63,178 bases of DNA from IMG/VR virus record IMGVR_UViG_3300025614_000002. One strand, 5' to 3'. Every line of letters starts with the position of its first letter. Positions within the stretch are counted from its first letter, which is position 1. This document shows, piece after piece, positions 27,362 to 36,686 of this stretch. The position numbers were made by a program, and so were the translations under genes. The notes beneath the pieces were generated by a model, which was not told the origin of the DNA, did no database searches, and saw nothing but the letters and a program-made list of their open reading frames with translations. The stretch comes from an uncultured virus (IMG/VR IMGVR_UViG_3300025614_000002) (lineage: Duplodnaviria; Heunggongvirae; Uroviricota; Caudoviricetes).

Positions 27362-28306
27362 ATGTTCAGCGGGCCCACAATCACGCGCAGCTACCTTCAG
27401 GGCCTTGCTCGCAACGCGACTACCGATTTCCTCACGCACGGAACTCCGCTCACCGAAGCCGTGGTGAAGCAGGCGAGTGCGGTAGACGCGACCCTCACCG
27501 CGGAACACGTCCGGCGTGTGTGTGAGATGACGTACCACGACGCGTACGAGCGGATGCACAAGCAGGCGGGCAGCGCAGATCGCTACATCGTCTTCGACCC
27601 GCCCGACCCCTGTGTCGCGGCAGGGATGCTCAACGCTGCGAAGGTGGCTTCCGCGCAGGCGCGAACTACTTCCACCTCGGGATCTCTTATGACAGAGAAA
27701 ATCGCCTCTGCCCAGCCTCGCGTCAAGTTCCAGCGGGCCAACGCTTTCGACGAACTGATGAAGACCGCCAGCGGCGAGGATGAGGCGTTCGAGAACAAGA
27801 AGCTCGCCCGCCAGGTGCAGGATCTCGATCGGAATCTCCGAGAGGCTTCCAGTGCCCTCGAGGGGCAGATCGAGGCGTGCAAGACGGCGTCCGCCATGGC
27901 GTGGGACGCGCTGGTGAAGACGGCGTACAACACCTACAAAGACGGGCACTCCCTGGAGGAGGTTCTGCACGCAGGCTTCTCCGGCATGGACTCCTCCGTC
28001 AACCATGCTGAGGCCACCAAGGTCGCTTCCCAGCTCGCGGAGTTCTTCGCGGACAAGGTCGAAAAGACCGCAGGCCTCAAGGTCCACCGGACGCAGCGCC
28101 TGGGTGAGATCGACCCCGACCATCCGTTGCCATCCCGCTTCAACAAGATGGCTGCCCTGGCGACGCAGCGCGCTCACATGGAGATCGCGTTGAGTGACCT
28201 CCAGCGGGATCGCAAGTACCTCAACGAGGAGATCTCCGAGACCCTCTTCGGGGACAAGACCGCAAGTATCCGCCAGATCTCCGCTCTCCAGACTCGAGGT
28301 TCCTGA
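27362..28306 (+). CDS. Putative scaffold/core protein, very rich in K-x-A-[SGA]
   Basis: 10 K-x-A-[SGA] motifs in 314 aa; helical composition; head module position. Confidence 0.7.
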   Translation: MFSGPTITRSYLQGLARNATTDFLTHGTPLTEAVVKQASAVDATLTAEHVRRVCEMTYHDAYERMHKQAGSADRYIVFDPPDPCVAAGMLNAAKVASAQARTTSTSGSLMTEKIASAQPRVKFQRANAFDELMKTASGEDEAFENKKLARQVQDLDRNLREASSALEGQIEACKTASAMAWDALVKTAYNTYKDGHSLEEVLHAGFSGMDSSVNHAEATKVASQLAEFFADKVEKTAGLKVHRTQRLGEIDPDHPLPSRFNKMAALATQRAHMEIALSDLQRDRKYLNEEISETLFGDKTASIRQISALQTRGS

Positions 28307-28860
28307 TGTCTGTCTCTGTGCCCGCCGATGCCTACGCCGCCTACGCTCGCGGTGAGATCTCCCAGGACGAGCTGGCCGAGCTCGAGAAGTTCGCAGACGC
28401 GCTCAACAAGGAGGCGGGGGCCCCCATGGGCGGACTGTCTACCGCCCAGCTCGGGGGTCTGATGCTGGCAGCTCCCACGGCAGTGTGGGCGGGATCCAAG
28501 ATCCCCCAGGCCCTCGACAACACGCTCAGTGCGATGACCTTCAACCGGGACTACAACCGGATGCTGAAGGTGAACCCGCAGCTGGGTGCCCCGGACGACC
28601 CGAACCTTCGGATGGCCTTCAAGACCCTCCGGAGTACCAATCCGAGCTACTCGAAGGATCCGCTCATCGCCGGGACCATCCTCGACATGGTGATGACCAA
28701 CCGCATGGACCCGGATGACCCCTCGAGTGCTCCGCGCTTCGATCCGGCTCTCCTGCAGCAGCTCCAGAACCGAGGGTCGGACCCTGCGGCCACTGAGGCA
28801 GGCAAGGCGGTGAGTCGTGTTCCGCAGCAGATGATGGCCGGATTTGGCGGCGGGGACTGA
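28306..28860 (+). CDS. Putative virion protein (leader ending KEAG, one hydrophobic helix)
   Basis: Translationally coupled; EKFADALNKEAG. Confidence 0.65.
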   Translation: MSVSVPADAYAAYARGEISQDELAELEKFADALNKEAGAPMGGLSTAQLGGLMLAAPTAVWAGSKIPQALDNTLSAMTFNRDYNRMLKVNPQLGAPDDPNLRMAFKTLRSTNPSYSKDPLIAGTILDMVMTNRMDPDDPSSAPRFDPALLQQLQNRGSDPAATEAGKAVSRVPQQMMAGFGGGD

Positions 28861-30797
28861 TGGACAAGGAAGCCCTCTTCAGAGGCACTTCTCGTGATGG
28901 ATCTCCCCTGATCCATCGAGTAGAGCCCGGCTCCGCCCACGGGGCCTCCGAAACTGGAGGTCTCTGCAAGACTGCGTCTGGAGAGCACCTTCCTGAAGTC
29001 CTGGAACTTCTGGAGTCCATCGAGGCCCAGCCAGGCCGCCTGTACCTGGTGAACTCCGCCCTGGGGGCCGGTGAGTACGTGGGGTTCAACCTCCGCGGCG
29101 ATTGGTTCACCGAAGCTGGACTGCGGAGAGCGCCTCCCGGCTTCGAGGACATTCCCGTGTGGGACATCGATGCGCGGCGTCGTGCGGCGAACCAGACTGA
29201 GGCCCTCCCTCGCTGGGGGTCCCTGACCTGGGGATACCCCACGTTCTACAACGCGCACCGCTTCCGGCACCACGTCAACAAGGACCCCAATAAGGCGTAC
29301 GGCTTCATCCTCGGCGCCTTCTGGGACGACCGCATGAAGCGGGTCATCCTGGTCTCGGAGCTCGTGAGGGACATGTGCGCCAAAATGGGCGCTCTCGATC
29401 TCTACGATCGGATCCGGAATGGGGAGTTTCCTGACACATCCATGGGCTCCAAGGTGCCCTACGATCGCTGCTCGATCTGCGACAACCACGCACGCACCCC
29501 ACTCGAGTACTGCAAGCACGTCCAGCGAGGCGCCCCAGCTCCGTATGGGATGAAGACCCTTCTGCCAGACGGCCGCATCTGCGGGGTCTACAACGACTAC
29601 CCTCGCTTTTTCGATGACTCCTACGTGTTCGTCGGAGCGGAGCGGTCTGCGAAGGTCATGTCGAATGTGACGGACCAGGTGCTCGGCTCAAACGGGTACT
29701 CCCAGACGATCTACCCGTTCATCCCGCCCCGCATGCGGAAGACCGCAGGAGCAGAGGAGCCGGCAGCGGCACCTATGCCCGATTTCGTCATTGAAGAGAA
29801 GCTGACGCGTGCCCTGGGTTCGATCCCGGCATCGACCCCGATGGAGCGGGAGGCTCTGCGCTTCTTCATGCAGGAACGCCTGGCTGAAGAGCGCCTGTTG
29901 ATCGGAACCATGTCTGCGACTGAGTTCGAGATGTGGAAGGAGATCGCGGTCAACACGTTCTCGCGCCAGTACGGACTCCCGCCGCACCATCTTTCGCACC
30001 TGAAGGACGTCTTCAACCAGAGGGTCAACCTCTCCGGGGTAACGAAGGTCGCGGAGATGCCCAAGTGGGCGGAGATGCTCAAGCGGATCCCCGCCCCGAC
30101 TGCTGCGCAGATGAGCCTGCTCCGCAAAGAAGAGCAGAGTCTCCCGGAGCTCCCACGAGAGGTTCTGGACCAGATGGCGGAGTCTCCGGGCCCCAACCTA
30201 CGCGCCGCGGCGCGATTGGGGATCGTGGTACGTCCGCACGAATTCCAGAGGATCCTTCTCTCACGAAAGAACCCCGCCTTGGCGGATGAGCTCTACCAGA
30301 ACCGGGAAGTGTTCCGTCCCTGTGCGCTGAAGTCTCAGGCGTCTCCCTTCGACGCCGCGTCTTTCGTGCCTCAAGAGGCGATGTCTCGGATCATCTCTCT
30401 TCTGACGGATTTTCTTCCGAAACGGTCGTTCGCCCCATCGGCGATTCGCATTCGGCTTGTCCGAGGTCCCACAGAAGACAGCTTCTCCCCCCTGCGTGAG
30501 CGGGCGGGGTTGGATCACATCTCTCGGCTGTACAATGCGTACCGGCTGGGAATCATCACGAAAAAGCCTGACCTCCAGGCGATTCGTGTCCCTGGTGGGT
30601 ATTCGAGAGATCTTCGCAGTGATGTGAAGACGGCGGAAGATGCCGTCGAACTCTCAAATATTCTGCTACATGTTGCCTACTGGCCGGGCCTTGCATTAGG
30701 CTTGAGTCAGCCGGCCGAGGGACGTCCTCCCGAAGACGCCTCTCAATCACACGAACCTGATCCTGAGAGTACCCATGTCCCTCCTTACGGAGCTTGA
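28860..30797 (+). CDS. Prohead (maturation) protease, HK97/herpes-type Ser-His, with Zn-finger insertion
   Basis: GFNLRGDWF, RHHVNKD (His), TSMG (Ser, 29439), CSIC...YCKH, FFDDSYVFVGAE; upstream of MCP. Confidence 0.75.
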   Translation: MDKEALFRGTSRDGSPLIHRVEPGSAHGASETGGLCKTASGEHLPEVLELLESIEAQPGRLYLVNSALGAGEYVGFNLRGDWFTEAGLRRAPPGFEDIPVWDIDARRRAANQTEALPRWGSLTWGYPTFYNAHRFRHHVNKDPNKAYGFILGAFWDDRMKRVILVSELVRDMCAKMGALDLYDRIRNGEFPDTSMGSKVPYDRCSICDNHARTPLEYCKHVQRGAPAPYGMKTLLPDGRICGVYNDYPRFFDDSYVFVGAERSAKVMSNVTDQVLGSNGYSQTIYPFIPPRMRKTAGAEEPAAAPMPDFVIEEKLTRALGSIPASTPMEREALRFFMQERLAEERLLIGTMSATEFEMWKEIAVNTFSRQYGLPPHHLSHLKDVFNQRVNLSGVTKVAEMPKWAEMLKRIPAPTAAQMSLLRKEEQSLPELPREVLDQMAESPGPNLRAAARLGIVVRPHEFQRILLSRKNPALADELYQNREVFRPCALKSQASPFDAASFVPQEAMSRIISLLTDFLPKRSFAPSAIRIRLVRGPTEDSFSPLRERAGLDHISRLYNAYRLGIITKKPDLQAIRVPGGYSRDLRSDVKTAEDAVELSNILLHVAYWPGLALGLSQPAEGRPPEDASQSHEPDPESTHVPPYGA

Positions 30798-31878
30798 GGC
30801 ACGGGGCGTCACGGCCGAAGACCTGGAGAAGGCGGCGTCTGTCCGCTTCTTCGAGAAGGCCGCCGCCGCTGAAGGCGTGAACCTCGACGAGCTTGGCGAG
30901 AGCCAGGTCGAAGAGCTGTACGCTTCCTTCATCCACAACCACTCGTCCGTCGAGGACGATCACTCCAAAGAGGCATCCGCCATGAATGACGAGATCGTCG
31001 ACCTGTTCGAGAAGACCGCTGCAGCCGAGGGCATCGACCTCGACGTGATGGAAGACGCTGAGCTTGCTGAGCTCTACAACCACTACGTCGAGAACGTCCT
31101 CCCCGAGCAGATCGGCGAGTACGAGAAGGAGGCCTCCCACGAGGACGAGGCGTACGAGGACGAGGCGTACGAGAAGCTGGCGGAGGCTGAGATCCTCGGT
31201 CGTCACATGGCGCGTGCCTACATGGACGAGATGGACAAGGAAGCCGGAGAGAAGAAGAAGAAGTACCGTACGGGCCTCGGCCCGCGCGTTCGGGCAATGA
31301 ATCGCGGCCAGGACCCCGCCAGCGGGGGACGCCGGCAGATTGGCTCCAGCATGACGTCCAACCTCGGTGGCAAGCTCAAGGAGTTGGTGACGGGGCACCA
31401 GGCAGCAGCGTCACGGGCCGGTGAGAAGATCAAGGGAGATGCCTCCCTCAATGTCACTGCGCGTGAGCGCAAGCAGCTCATGGACGAAGCCAAGAACCTG
31501 GGCGACGAGGGCAGCCTCCCGCGCCGAGGTATCGGAGCGAGCCGAAACCGGGGCGGCGGCACTCGTTCGGCAGCTCGGTACTCCGACGGTGCGCGTAGCA
31601 CTGCTGCGAAGCTCCGTCGGCAGAAGGGCGTCTTCCGGGCCGAGCGGTTCAAGGGCTACGGGAAGCGCGGCCTGGTCGCGGGCGGAGCGATCGCCGCTGC
31701 CGCAGGCGGTAAGGCGCTGATGGACAAGAAGTCGTCCGCCGACGATCTCTTCGACATGGCGTACGAGCGGGCGGATGAGTTCGCCAAGCTGGGCAGCATC
31801 GACGACTACGACGGGTCGTTCATCGACGACTGCGCGCTCGACATCCTCGACGAGCACGGCTTCGAGCTGGTGGACTGA
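30775..31878 (+). CDS. Acidic-basic-acidic internal head protein
   Basis: Duplicated EKxAAAEG.DLD repeat, KEAS x2, KEAG, then K/R-rich region and glycine zipper. Confidence 0.7.
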   Translation: MSLLTELEARGVTAEDLEKAASVRFFEKAAAAEGVNLDELGESQVEELYASFIHNHSSVEDDHSKEASAMNDEIVDLFEKTAAAEGIDLDVMEDAELAELYNHYVENVLPEQIGEYEKEASHEDEAYEDEAYEKLAEAEILGRHMARAYMDEMDKEAGEKKKKYRTGLGPRVRAMNRGQDPASGGRRQIGSSMTSNLGGKLKELVTGHQAAASRAGEKIKGDASLNVTARERKQLMDEAKNLGDEGSLPRRGIGASRNRGGGTRSAARYSDGARSTAAKLRRQKGVFRAERFKGYGKRGLVAGGAIAAAAGGKALMDKKSSADDLFDMAYERADEFAKLGSIDDYDGSFIDDCALDILDEHGFELVD

Positions 31879-32510
31879 TGCCCCTCCCAAGGACCCTCAT
31901 CGGTGCAGGAATCGGGTCAGTTGCTGGAGCAGCTGGCGGCGCCCTCACTGGTGACAAAAACCAGTCCGTAGCCAATCGAGTCGGTCGTGGGATCCTTGGG
32001 GGGATGGCAGGAGCAGGCATGGGTACCGGAGTCCACACCGGACTCCGGTACCGCGGCCTCACCAAGAATCTCGGGTTCCAAAAGGGCCTCGGAACCCTGG
32101 AGGATGCTGCCCTCGGTACGAAGAGTCGCAAGTCCCTGGGGGACGCAGTTGAGGGGATAAAGAACAACATCGCCAAGAACGATGCAGCCGCCAAGGCCGC
32201 CAAGGTCCAGCAGGTTGCTGCTGACGATGCTGCCTTCAAGTTCACTGGATCTCCTGCGGACATGAAGAAGCAGTACCGCAAGCTCTCCCGGGAGCACCAC
32301 CCCGATCACGCCATCAGGGAGGGGCTCTCGGAGTCCGCGGCCAACAAGCGGTTCGCCGAGCTGAAGGAGGCGTATGATCGTGCGGTCGCAGGGGGAGTCA
32401 AGGAAGCGTCGTTCATCAAGACCGCTGCGTTCTTCCACGAGCTCGCCAGCCAGCAGATCACTTCGGATGACTACTACTTCTGGTACGATCAGTTGAGGTC
32501 TCTTTCGTGA
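31878..32510 (+). CDS. Glycine-zipper protein with J-domain (DnaJ-like)
   Basis: KKQYRKLSREHHPD...KRFAELKEAYD; HPD at 32298-32306. Confidence 0.75.
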   Translation: MPLPRTLIGAGIGSVAGAAGGALTGDKNQSVANRVGRGILGGMAGAGMGTGVHTGLRYRGLTKNLGFQKGLGTLEDAALGTKSRKSLGDAVEGIKNNIAKNDAAAKAAKVQQVAADDAAFKFTGSPADMKKQYRKLSREHHPDHAIREGLSESAANKRFAELKEAYDRAVAGGVKEASFIKTAAFFHELASQQITSDDYYFWYDQLRSLS

Positions 32511-32827
32511 GCTTGAAAGACCCAGCATGGGGATTCTTCATGGATGAACTCCTACAGCAGGGCCTTTTGCTAAAGGAAGCGGCCAATAGCCTCTCAGACG
32601 GGATCAAGGTCCCGGGCATGGCCAACTCCGGCATACCCAAGGGGTTGGTGAACCCCACCCGCGCAGGCGGGCAGAATCTCGCCAAATTTCAACTCGCTGG
32701 GCCCGGAAAGACTCCCATGACTGGCGGCACCAAGTCAGTCGTAGCGTCGCAGTCTCTCTCCACTTCTGGGCAGACCGGCTCCCTGTCCCTTCCCGCTCCC
32801 ATGACTACCCCACGAGGCCCCAAATGA
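32507..32827 (+). CDS. Putative cargo protein (FFMDELL..KEAA leader)
   Basis: GTGA-coupled; leader motif then low-complexity P/G/S tail. Confidence 0.55.
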   Translation: MSLKDPAWGFFMDELLQQGLLLKEAANSLSDGIKVPGMANSGIPKGLVNPTRAGGQNLAKFQLAGPGKTPMTGGTKSVVASQSLSTSGQTGSLSLPAPMTTPRGPK

Positions 32828-33558
32828 GTGCGTACCGCAGCATGATCGACGAGGCCCTCGCGGCTGCTCGTACCCGGGTCGGCACCCCTGCTGCCGATCT
32901 CCAGAAGACCGCTTCCGCCGATGACGGCCTCCTCAAGGAGGCGTCCGATCTCGCCAACGCACTCGAGTTCGTCTCCCTCAGTGCATCTGGCGATGGTGCG
33001 GTGGGCAGTTTCCGCTCCGAGATGGTCCGCGACTACTACAAGCAGGCCGCCGCTGGCGGGCCCGCTGAGAGCTCGACCTCCGTGTCGGGCACACAGGGCC
33101 AGGCGCCCGCCGCAGGCAAGAAGAAGCTGAATCCGAAGGGCCTGGTCGGCGGGAACTCCCCGGCGGAGTCTTCGGCTTCCCCCGCGGGCAAGGATGGGCA
33201 GAAGGCCCTGCTCGAGTCCTTCAAGGAGGCCGAGGGTCAGTCGCTCTACGACATCCTGATGGCCAACAACAAGGAAGCCGCCGCGGGCGGCCCCGCCGAG
33301 TACTGCGCCGAGTCCAAGGGTCCGCTCAAGGACCGACTTCGTAGTGCCCTGGGCTCGAACTCCGCGCCCGTCGCGGCCAAGAAGCGGGCGCTCAAGGCCC
33401 CGACCCGTGAGCGTCTCCGCGAGGCGTTCGCCAATGTCGGAGACGTCACCAGTGATGCCTCGGCTCGTGCGATCTGGCCCCAGGCTCACAGTCGCGGGAG
33501 TCTGAAGGTGGCGGCGGTCAAGGATCGTTTGCAGCGCGTTGTGGACGGGCAGGTCTGA
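32824..33558 (+). CDS. Putative scaffold/core protein
   Basis: KTAS, KEAS, KQAA, KEAA, KVAA; repeated AAAGGPAE. Confidence 0.65.
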   Translation: MSAYRSMIDEALAAARTRVGTPAADLQKTASADDGLLKEASDLANALEFVSLSASGDGAVGSFRSEMVRDYYKQAAAGGPAESSTSVSGTQGQAPAAGKKKLNPKGLVGGNSPAESSASPAGKDGQKALLESFKEAEGQSLYDILMANNKEAAAGGPAEYCAESKGPLKDRLRSALGSNSAPVAAKKRALKAPTRERLREAFANVGDVTSDASARAIWPQAHSRGSLKVAAVKDRLQRVVDGQV

Positions 33559-33830
33559 TGACGTCTCTCTCCGATTTCGTAGGACTGACCAGGACCCGGC
33601 AGGGTTTCGCACGTCAGCGGGCGAAGATCGCTTCCCTGGCCGAGTACTCGGTCTTGTACGATCTCATCGAGGAGGGCCAGCTCGGTCCTCACGTCAAAGA
33701 GGCCATGGCCGGTGTGTGCAAGGGATTGGATTCCTCGCTACACTCTGGTACAAAGATCGCATCTGCGCCGGGTGCGGCGACTGAGCGGGATGCCCGCCAG
33801 GCCCGTCTCGATCAACTCCTTCGTCGCTGA
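33558..33830 (+). CDS. Small head-module protein
   Basis: Coupled ORF; KIAS x2. Confidence 0.6.
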   Translation: MTSLSDFVGLTRTRQGFARQRAKIASLAEYSVLYDLIEEGQLGPHVKEAMAGVCKGLDSSLHSGTKIASAPGAATERDARQARLDQLLRR

Positions 33831-33844
33831 CACCGAGGACTTCA

Positions 33845-34210
33845 ATGCTGAAAATCAGTCAGGCTGAACTGGCGGCGGTCTCTGCGAAGAGTGCCCGCAC
33901 CATTCGTGCCCTCTCCGAGAAGGTGGCAAGCCTTGAGGGTGAGAACCTTCAGTTGCGCACCAAGCTCGCCTCCAACGGCCGCGACGCGGAGATCTCCGAT
34001 CTCGCCCGCGAGATGGAAGAGAAGGGCCTGAACGCGGACATGACGTTCGAAGAGAAGATCGCGCATCTCCGGGGTCACGCGCATCTCGAGAATGTCAAGG
34101 AAGCTGTCAAGATGGCGAGCGCAGGCTCCGTCCACCTGGCCGCCGTCTCTGACCATCCTGGGACTTCTGCCCTGGACCCCTTCACTTCCTTCTGCCTTTC
34201 CGGCGACTGA
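33845..34210 (+). CDS. Scaffold-like coiled-coil protein
   Basis: GAGG SD; KVAS, KLAS, KMAS; position before decoration/MCP genes. Confidence 0.65.
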   Translation: MLKISQAELAAVSAKSARTIRALSEKVASLEGENLQLRTKLASNGRDAEISDLAREMEEKGLNADMTFEEKIAHLRGHAHLENVKEAVKMASAGSVHLAAVSDHPGTSALDPFTSFCLSGD

Positions 34211-34225
34211 CAATAGGAGATCACG

Positions 34226-34831
34226 ATGGCTGGTTCTTTCGTGAAGCTGCTCAACCCTGGCTACTCGGCCCTCTACACCCGGGACCTGCCCTTCCTGGTC
34301 AACACCTACGTCGACGCCACTGGTGCGAACGTCTTCGACCCCGACGCTACGAACCCCCTTCAGGAGGGTGAGTGGCTGTCGATGAGCGCGGGCAAGTTCA
34401 CCCGCGGTGCCGGTGCCACCGGCGCAGTCACGGCGGCCACTGGGGCAACCCGTGTCACGCTCGTGGACGACGCTCAGAACGACGCGCTCGCCGTCCCGGG
34501 GCACATGTACTTCCAGGAGCGGGGCCGCTACGACGCCCAGCTCACCAAGAAGGCGCATTGCCTCATCGGCCCCACGGGCTTCGAGTTCCGCACGCAGATG
34601 ATCGACTGTGCCGCGGACGATGATGGCGAGAAGGTCTACGTGATGATCTGCGAGGACAGTTCCGGCCGGCTCGTCCAGGCCCTCGTCTCGTCCAGCGTCA
34701 TCGAGGCTGCGACCAGCGCCAATGGTGGCAGCGCGCCCGTCGCAGGAGATGGCAACTGGTTCGCCGGCGTCATCACCCAGGCGCACGGCACCAGCGACGC
34801 CACCATCCTCTTCCAGCCCGGCTGGATCTGA
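34226..34831 (+). CDS. Putative capsid decoration/cement protein
   Basis: AGGAG SD; beta-rich; immediately upstream of MCP. Confidence 0.55.
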   Translation: MAGSFVKLLNPGYSALYTRDLPFLVNTYVDATGANVFDPDATNPLQEGEWLSMSAGKFTRGAGATGAVTAATGATRVTLVDDAQNDALAVPGHMYFQERGRYDAQLTKKAHCLIGPTGFEFRTQMIDCAADDDGEKVYVMICEDSSGRLVQALVSSSVIEAATSANGGSAPVAGDGNWFAGVITQAHGTSDATILFQPGWI

Positions 34832-34857
34832 TCCCTCACCGTCCTTAGGAGGACATC

Positions 34858-35991
34858 ATGGATTACTCTGCAGAGATGGTGAACTCGGGCTTCATCGAGC
34901 GCCTCGAGACCGAGGGCGCCACGAAGACGGCTGCCGCTTCCCTCAACTACATCAAGGACCGCCTCCGCGAGTCCAGCTTCGCCGACATGATCGTTCCGAA
35001 CGAGCGTGTCGTTCGCGGCGACCTGCAGCGGAGCACCGAGCACGACACGATGGTGAAGATCGTCGACATCGAGCCCGGTTCCCGCGCGATGGCCGTGAAC
35101 TTCCGTGGTCAGCCGACCGCGGAGTACGTGAACGGCAAGCGGTTCGCGATCGGCTTCTTCACCATCTCGAGCCTCAAGTTCGAGATCGTGGAGCAGGAGC
35201 TGATGGCGTACGAGATGCCCGTCACCAAGATCATCGAGGAGAACAGCCTCAAGGACATGGTCGAGGTGAAGGACCGCGAGTTCCTGAACCACGTCGAGTC
35301 CTGCATCGACGCCATGCAGGAGGAGGGTACCGGTGCTACCGCCTTCTCCGTCACTGGCGGAGAGGCGAGTGTCTCGAAGGTGAAGGGCATCCTGGCCCAG
35401 CAGTCGGGCGACAGCGCCACGACCTACACGACCTACGCCATCCAGCGTGCGGACATCGTGCAGATCAAGAAGCTGCTCAAGCGCCAGGTGCTCGACTCGT
35501 CGGGCAACATCGTCCGGGCTGGGCGCCTGCGCCCCGTCCTGATGCTGATGACCGAGAGCGACTCCGACGACTTCGACCAGTGGACGCATGAGGACTACGG
35601 CGACAAGCTGCAGTCCGAGACGGCCCTGGACGGCTTCACCTACAACAAGGTGCTCGGCCTTCGCATCGTCCGCACGATCAAGAACGACATCCTGCGCGAG
35701 GGCAACGTCTACGTCTTCACCGCGCCGGAGTTCTTCGGTCGGAACTACACGCTCAACGACGTGAAGTTCTACATCGACAAGCAGGCCAACCGGATCTTCT
35801 GGCAGGCCTGGATGGATGTGGGCATGGGCTTCGGCAACATCGCTGCGGTGGTGAAGCTCGAGCTCTACGCTGGTGACGCCTCGGACAGCTCGAACAACGA
35901 CTCGGTCATCCCGGTCAGCGAGTCCGAGATCGGTACGCAGAACAACAAGGTCGCTGACGGCCTCACGTTCCCGAGCATCAACGTCTTCTGA
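34858..35991 (+). CDS. Major capsid protein (HK97-fold inferred)
   Basis: AGGAGG SD, strongly biased codons, 377 aa, follows protease/scaffold genes, followed by hairpin; KTAA at aa 23-26. Confidence 0.8.
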   Translation: MDYSAEMVNSGFIERLETEGATKTAAASLNYIKDRLRESSFADMIVPNERVVRGDLQRSTEHDTMVKIVDIEPGSRAMAVNFRGQPTAEYVNGKRFAIGFFTISSLKFEIVEQELMAYEMPVTKIIEENSLKDMVEVKDREFLNHVESCIDAMQEEGTGATAFSVTGGEASVSKVKGILAQQSGDSATTYTTYAIQRADIVQIKKLLKRQVLDSSGNIVRAGRLRPVLMLMTESDSDDFDQWTHEDYGDKLQSETALDGFTYNKVLGLRIVRTIKNDILREGNVYVFTAPEFFGRNYTLNDVKFYIDKQANRIFWQAWMDVGMGFGNIAAVVKLELYAGDASDSSNNDSVIPVSESEIGTQNNKVADGLTFPSINVF

Positions 35992-36021
35992 TCGTTGAAG
36001 CAAGGGGTCTACACCCTCGTT

Positions 36022-36051
36022 GGCCCCGGTTCTTGCAAAAGGGCCGGGGCC
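36022..36051 (+). terminator. Hairpin after MCP
   Basis: ggccccggttctt-GCAA-aagggccggggcc, GNRA loop, weak U tract. Confidence 0.7.
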
Positions 36052-36068
36052 TCGTCCTTACAGGAGAG

Positions 36069-36686
36069 ATGATCGTGAAACTCATCATCCGCAACGTCGT
36101 TCGTGACGCAGCTACCCGTGACCTCCGCCGAGCCAACATCGGCAAGATCCAGGTGTCCCCCAAGATCGGAGGTCAGCACCTCCCCCCTCGACGCAGCCGC
36201 AAGGTTGAGTCGGACGCTCTCACGACGGAAGATCTCGACCTCATCTGCGAGATGATGCGCGTCGGTGTTCTGCGCGTCTTCCATCCCCGCCCATTCCGGG
36301 AGGTGTCGGTCGACGCGTTCGCGGTTGTGATGGGCCACCAGATCCTCCCCGAGAGCCTTCCCGGAGAGCCGGAGGCTGCCGCGCCCCCGAGCGATCCTGT
36401 TCCTGTGAAGGAGGCGCCTCGTGAAGTCATCGAGCCGATTCCGGTTCCCGAGGTCCCCGATGCGGAAGTCGTCGAAGAGCCTGCCCCCGAAGTCGCTCCC
36501 TCCGAAGAGCCTGCCGCCGAAGAAGCTCCCCCCGAAGAGCCCGAGGTCACCTTCACTCGTGTGGAGCTCAAGGGCATGAAGAACAGTGACCTCCGCGACA
36601 TCCTCGCGGGGCTCCCCGGTCACGCGTCAGGGGCCGGTCTGCGGAAGATCGAGCTCGTTGAGGCCATCCTGCAGGCGACCGCATGA
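36069..36686 (+). CDS. Protein with P/E-rich linker and C-terminal Rho-N/HeH-like domain
   Basis: ELKGMKNSDLRDIL....GLRKIELVEAIL; start 36069/36075 after AGGAG. Confidence 0.65.
   Translation: MIVKLIIRNVVRDAATRDLRRANIGKIQVSPKIGGQHLPPRRSRKVESDALTTEDLDLICEMMRVGVLRVFHPRPFREVSVDAFAVVMGHQILPESLPGEPEAAAPPSDPVPVKEAPREVIEPIPVPEVPDAEVVEEPAPEVAPSEEPAAEEAPPEEPEVTFTRVELKGMKNSDLRDILAGLPGHASGAGLRKIELVEAILQATA

Noticed and set aside
27686..27693. Sixth GNCATAAS copy
   Set aside because: Intragenic, about 340 nt from the nearest minus-strand start; may be chance
27344..28177. N-terminal extension of the 504-aa HTH ORF
   Set aside because: Overlaps the + strand gene 27362; HTH begins at about 27325
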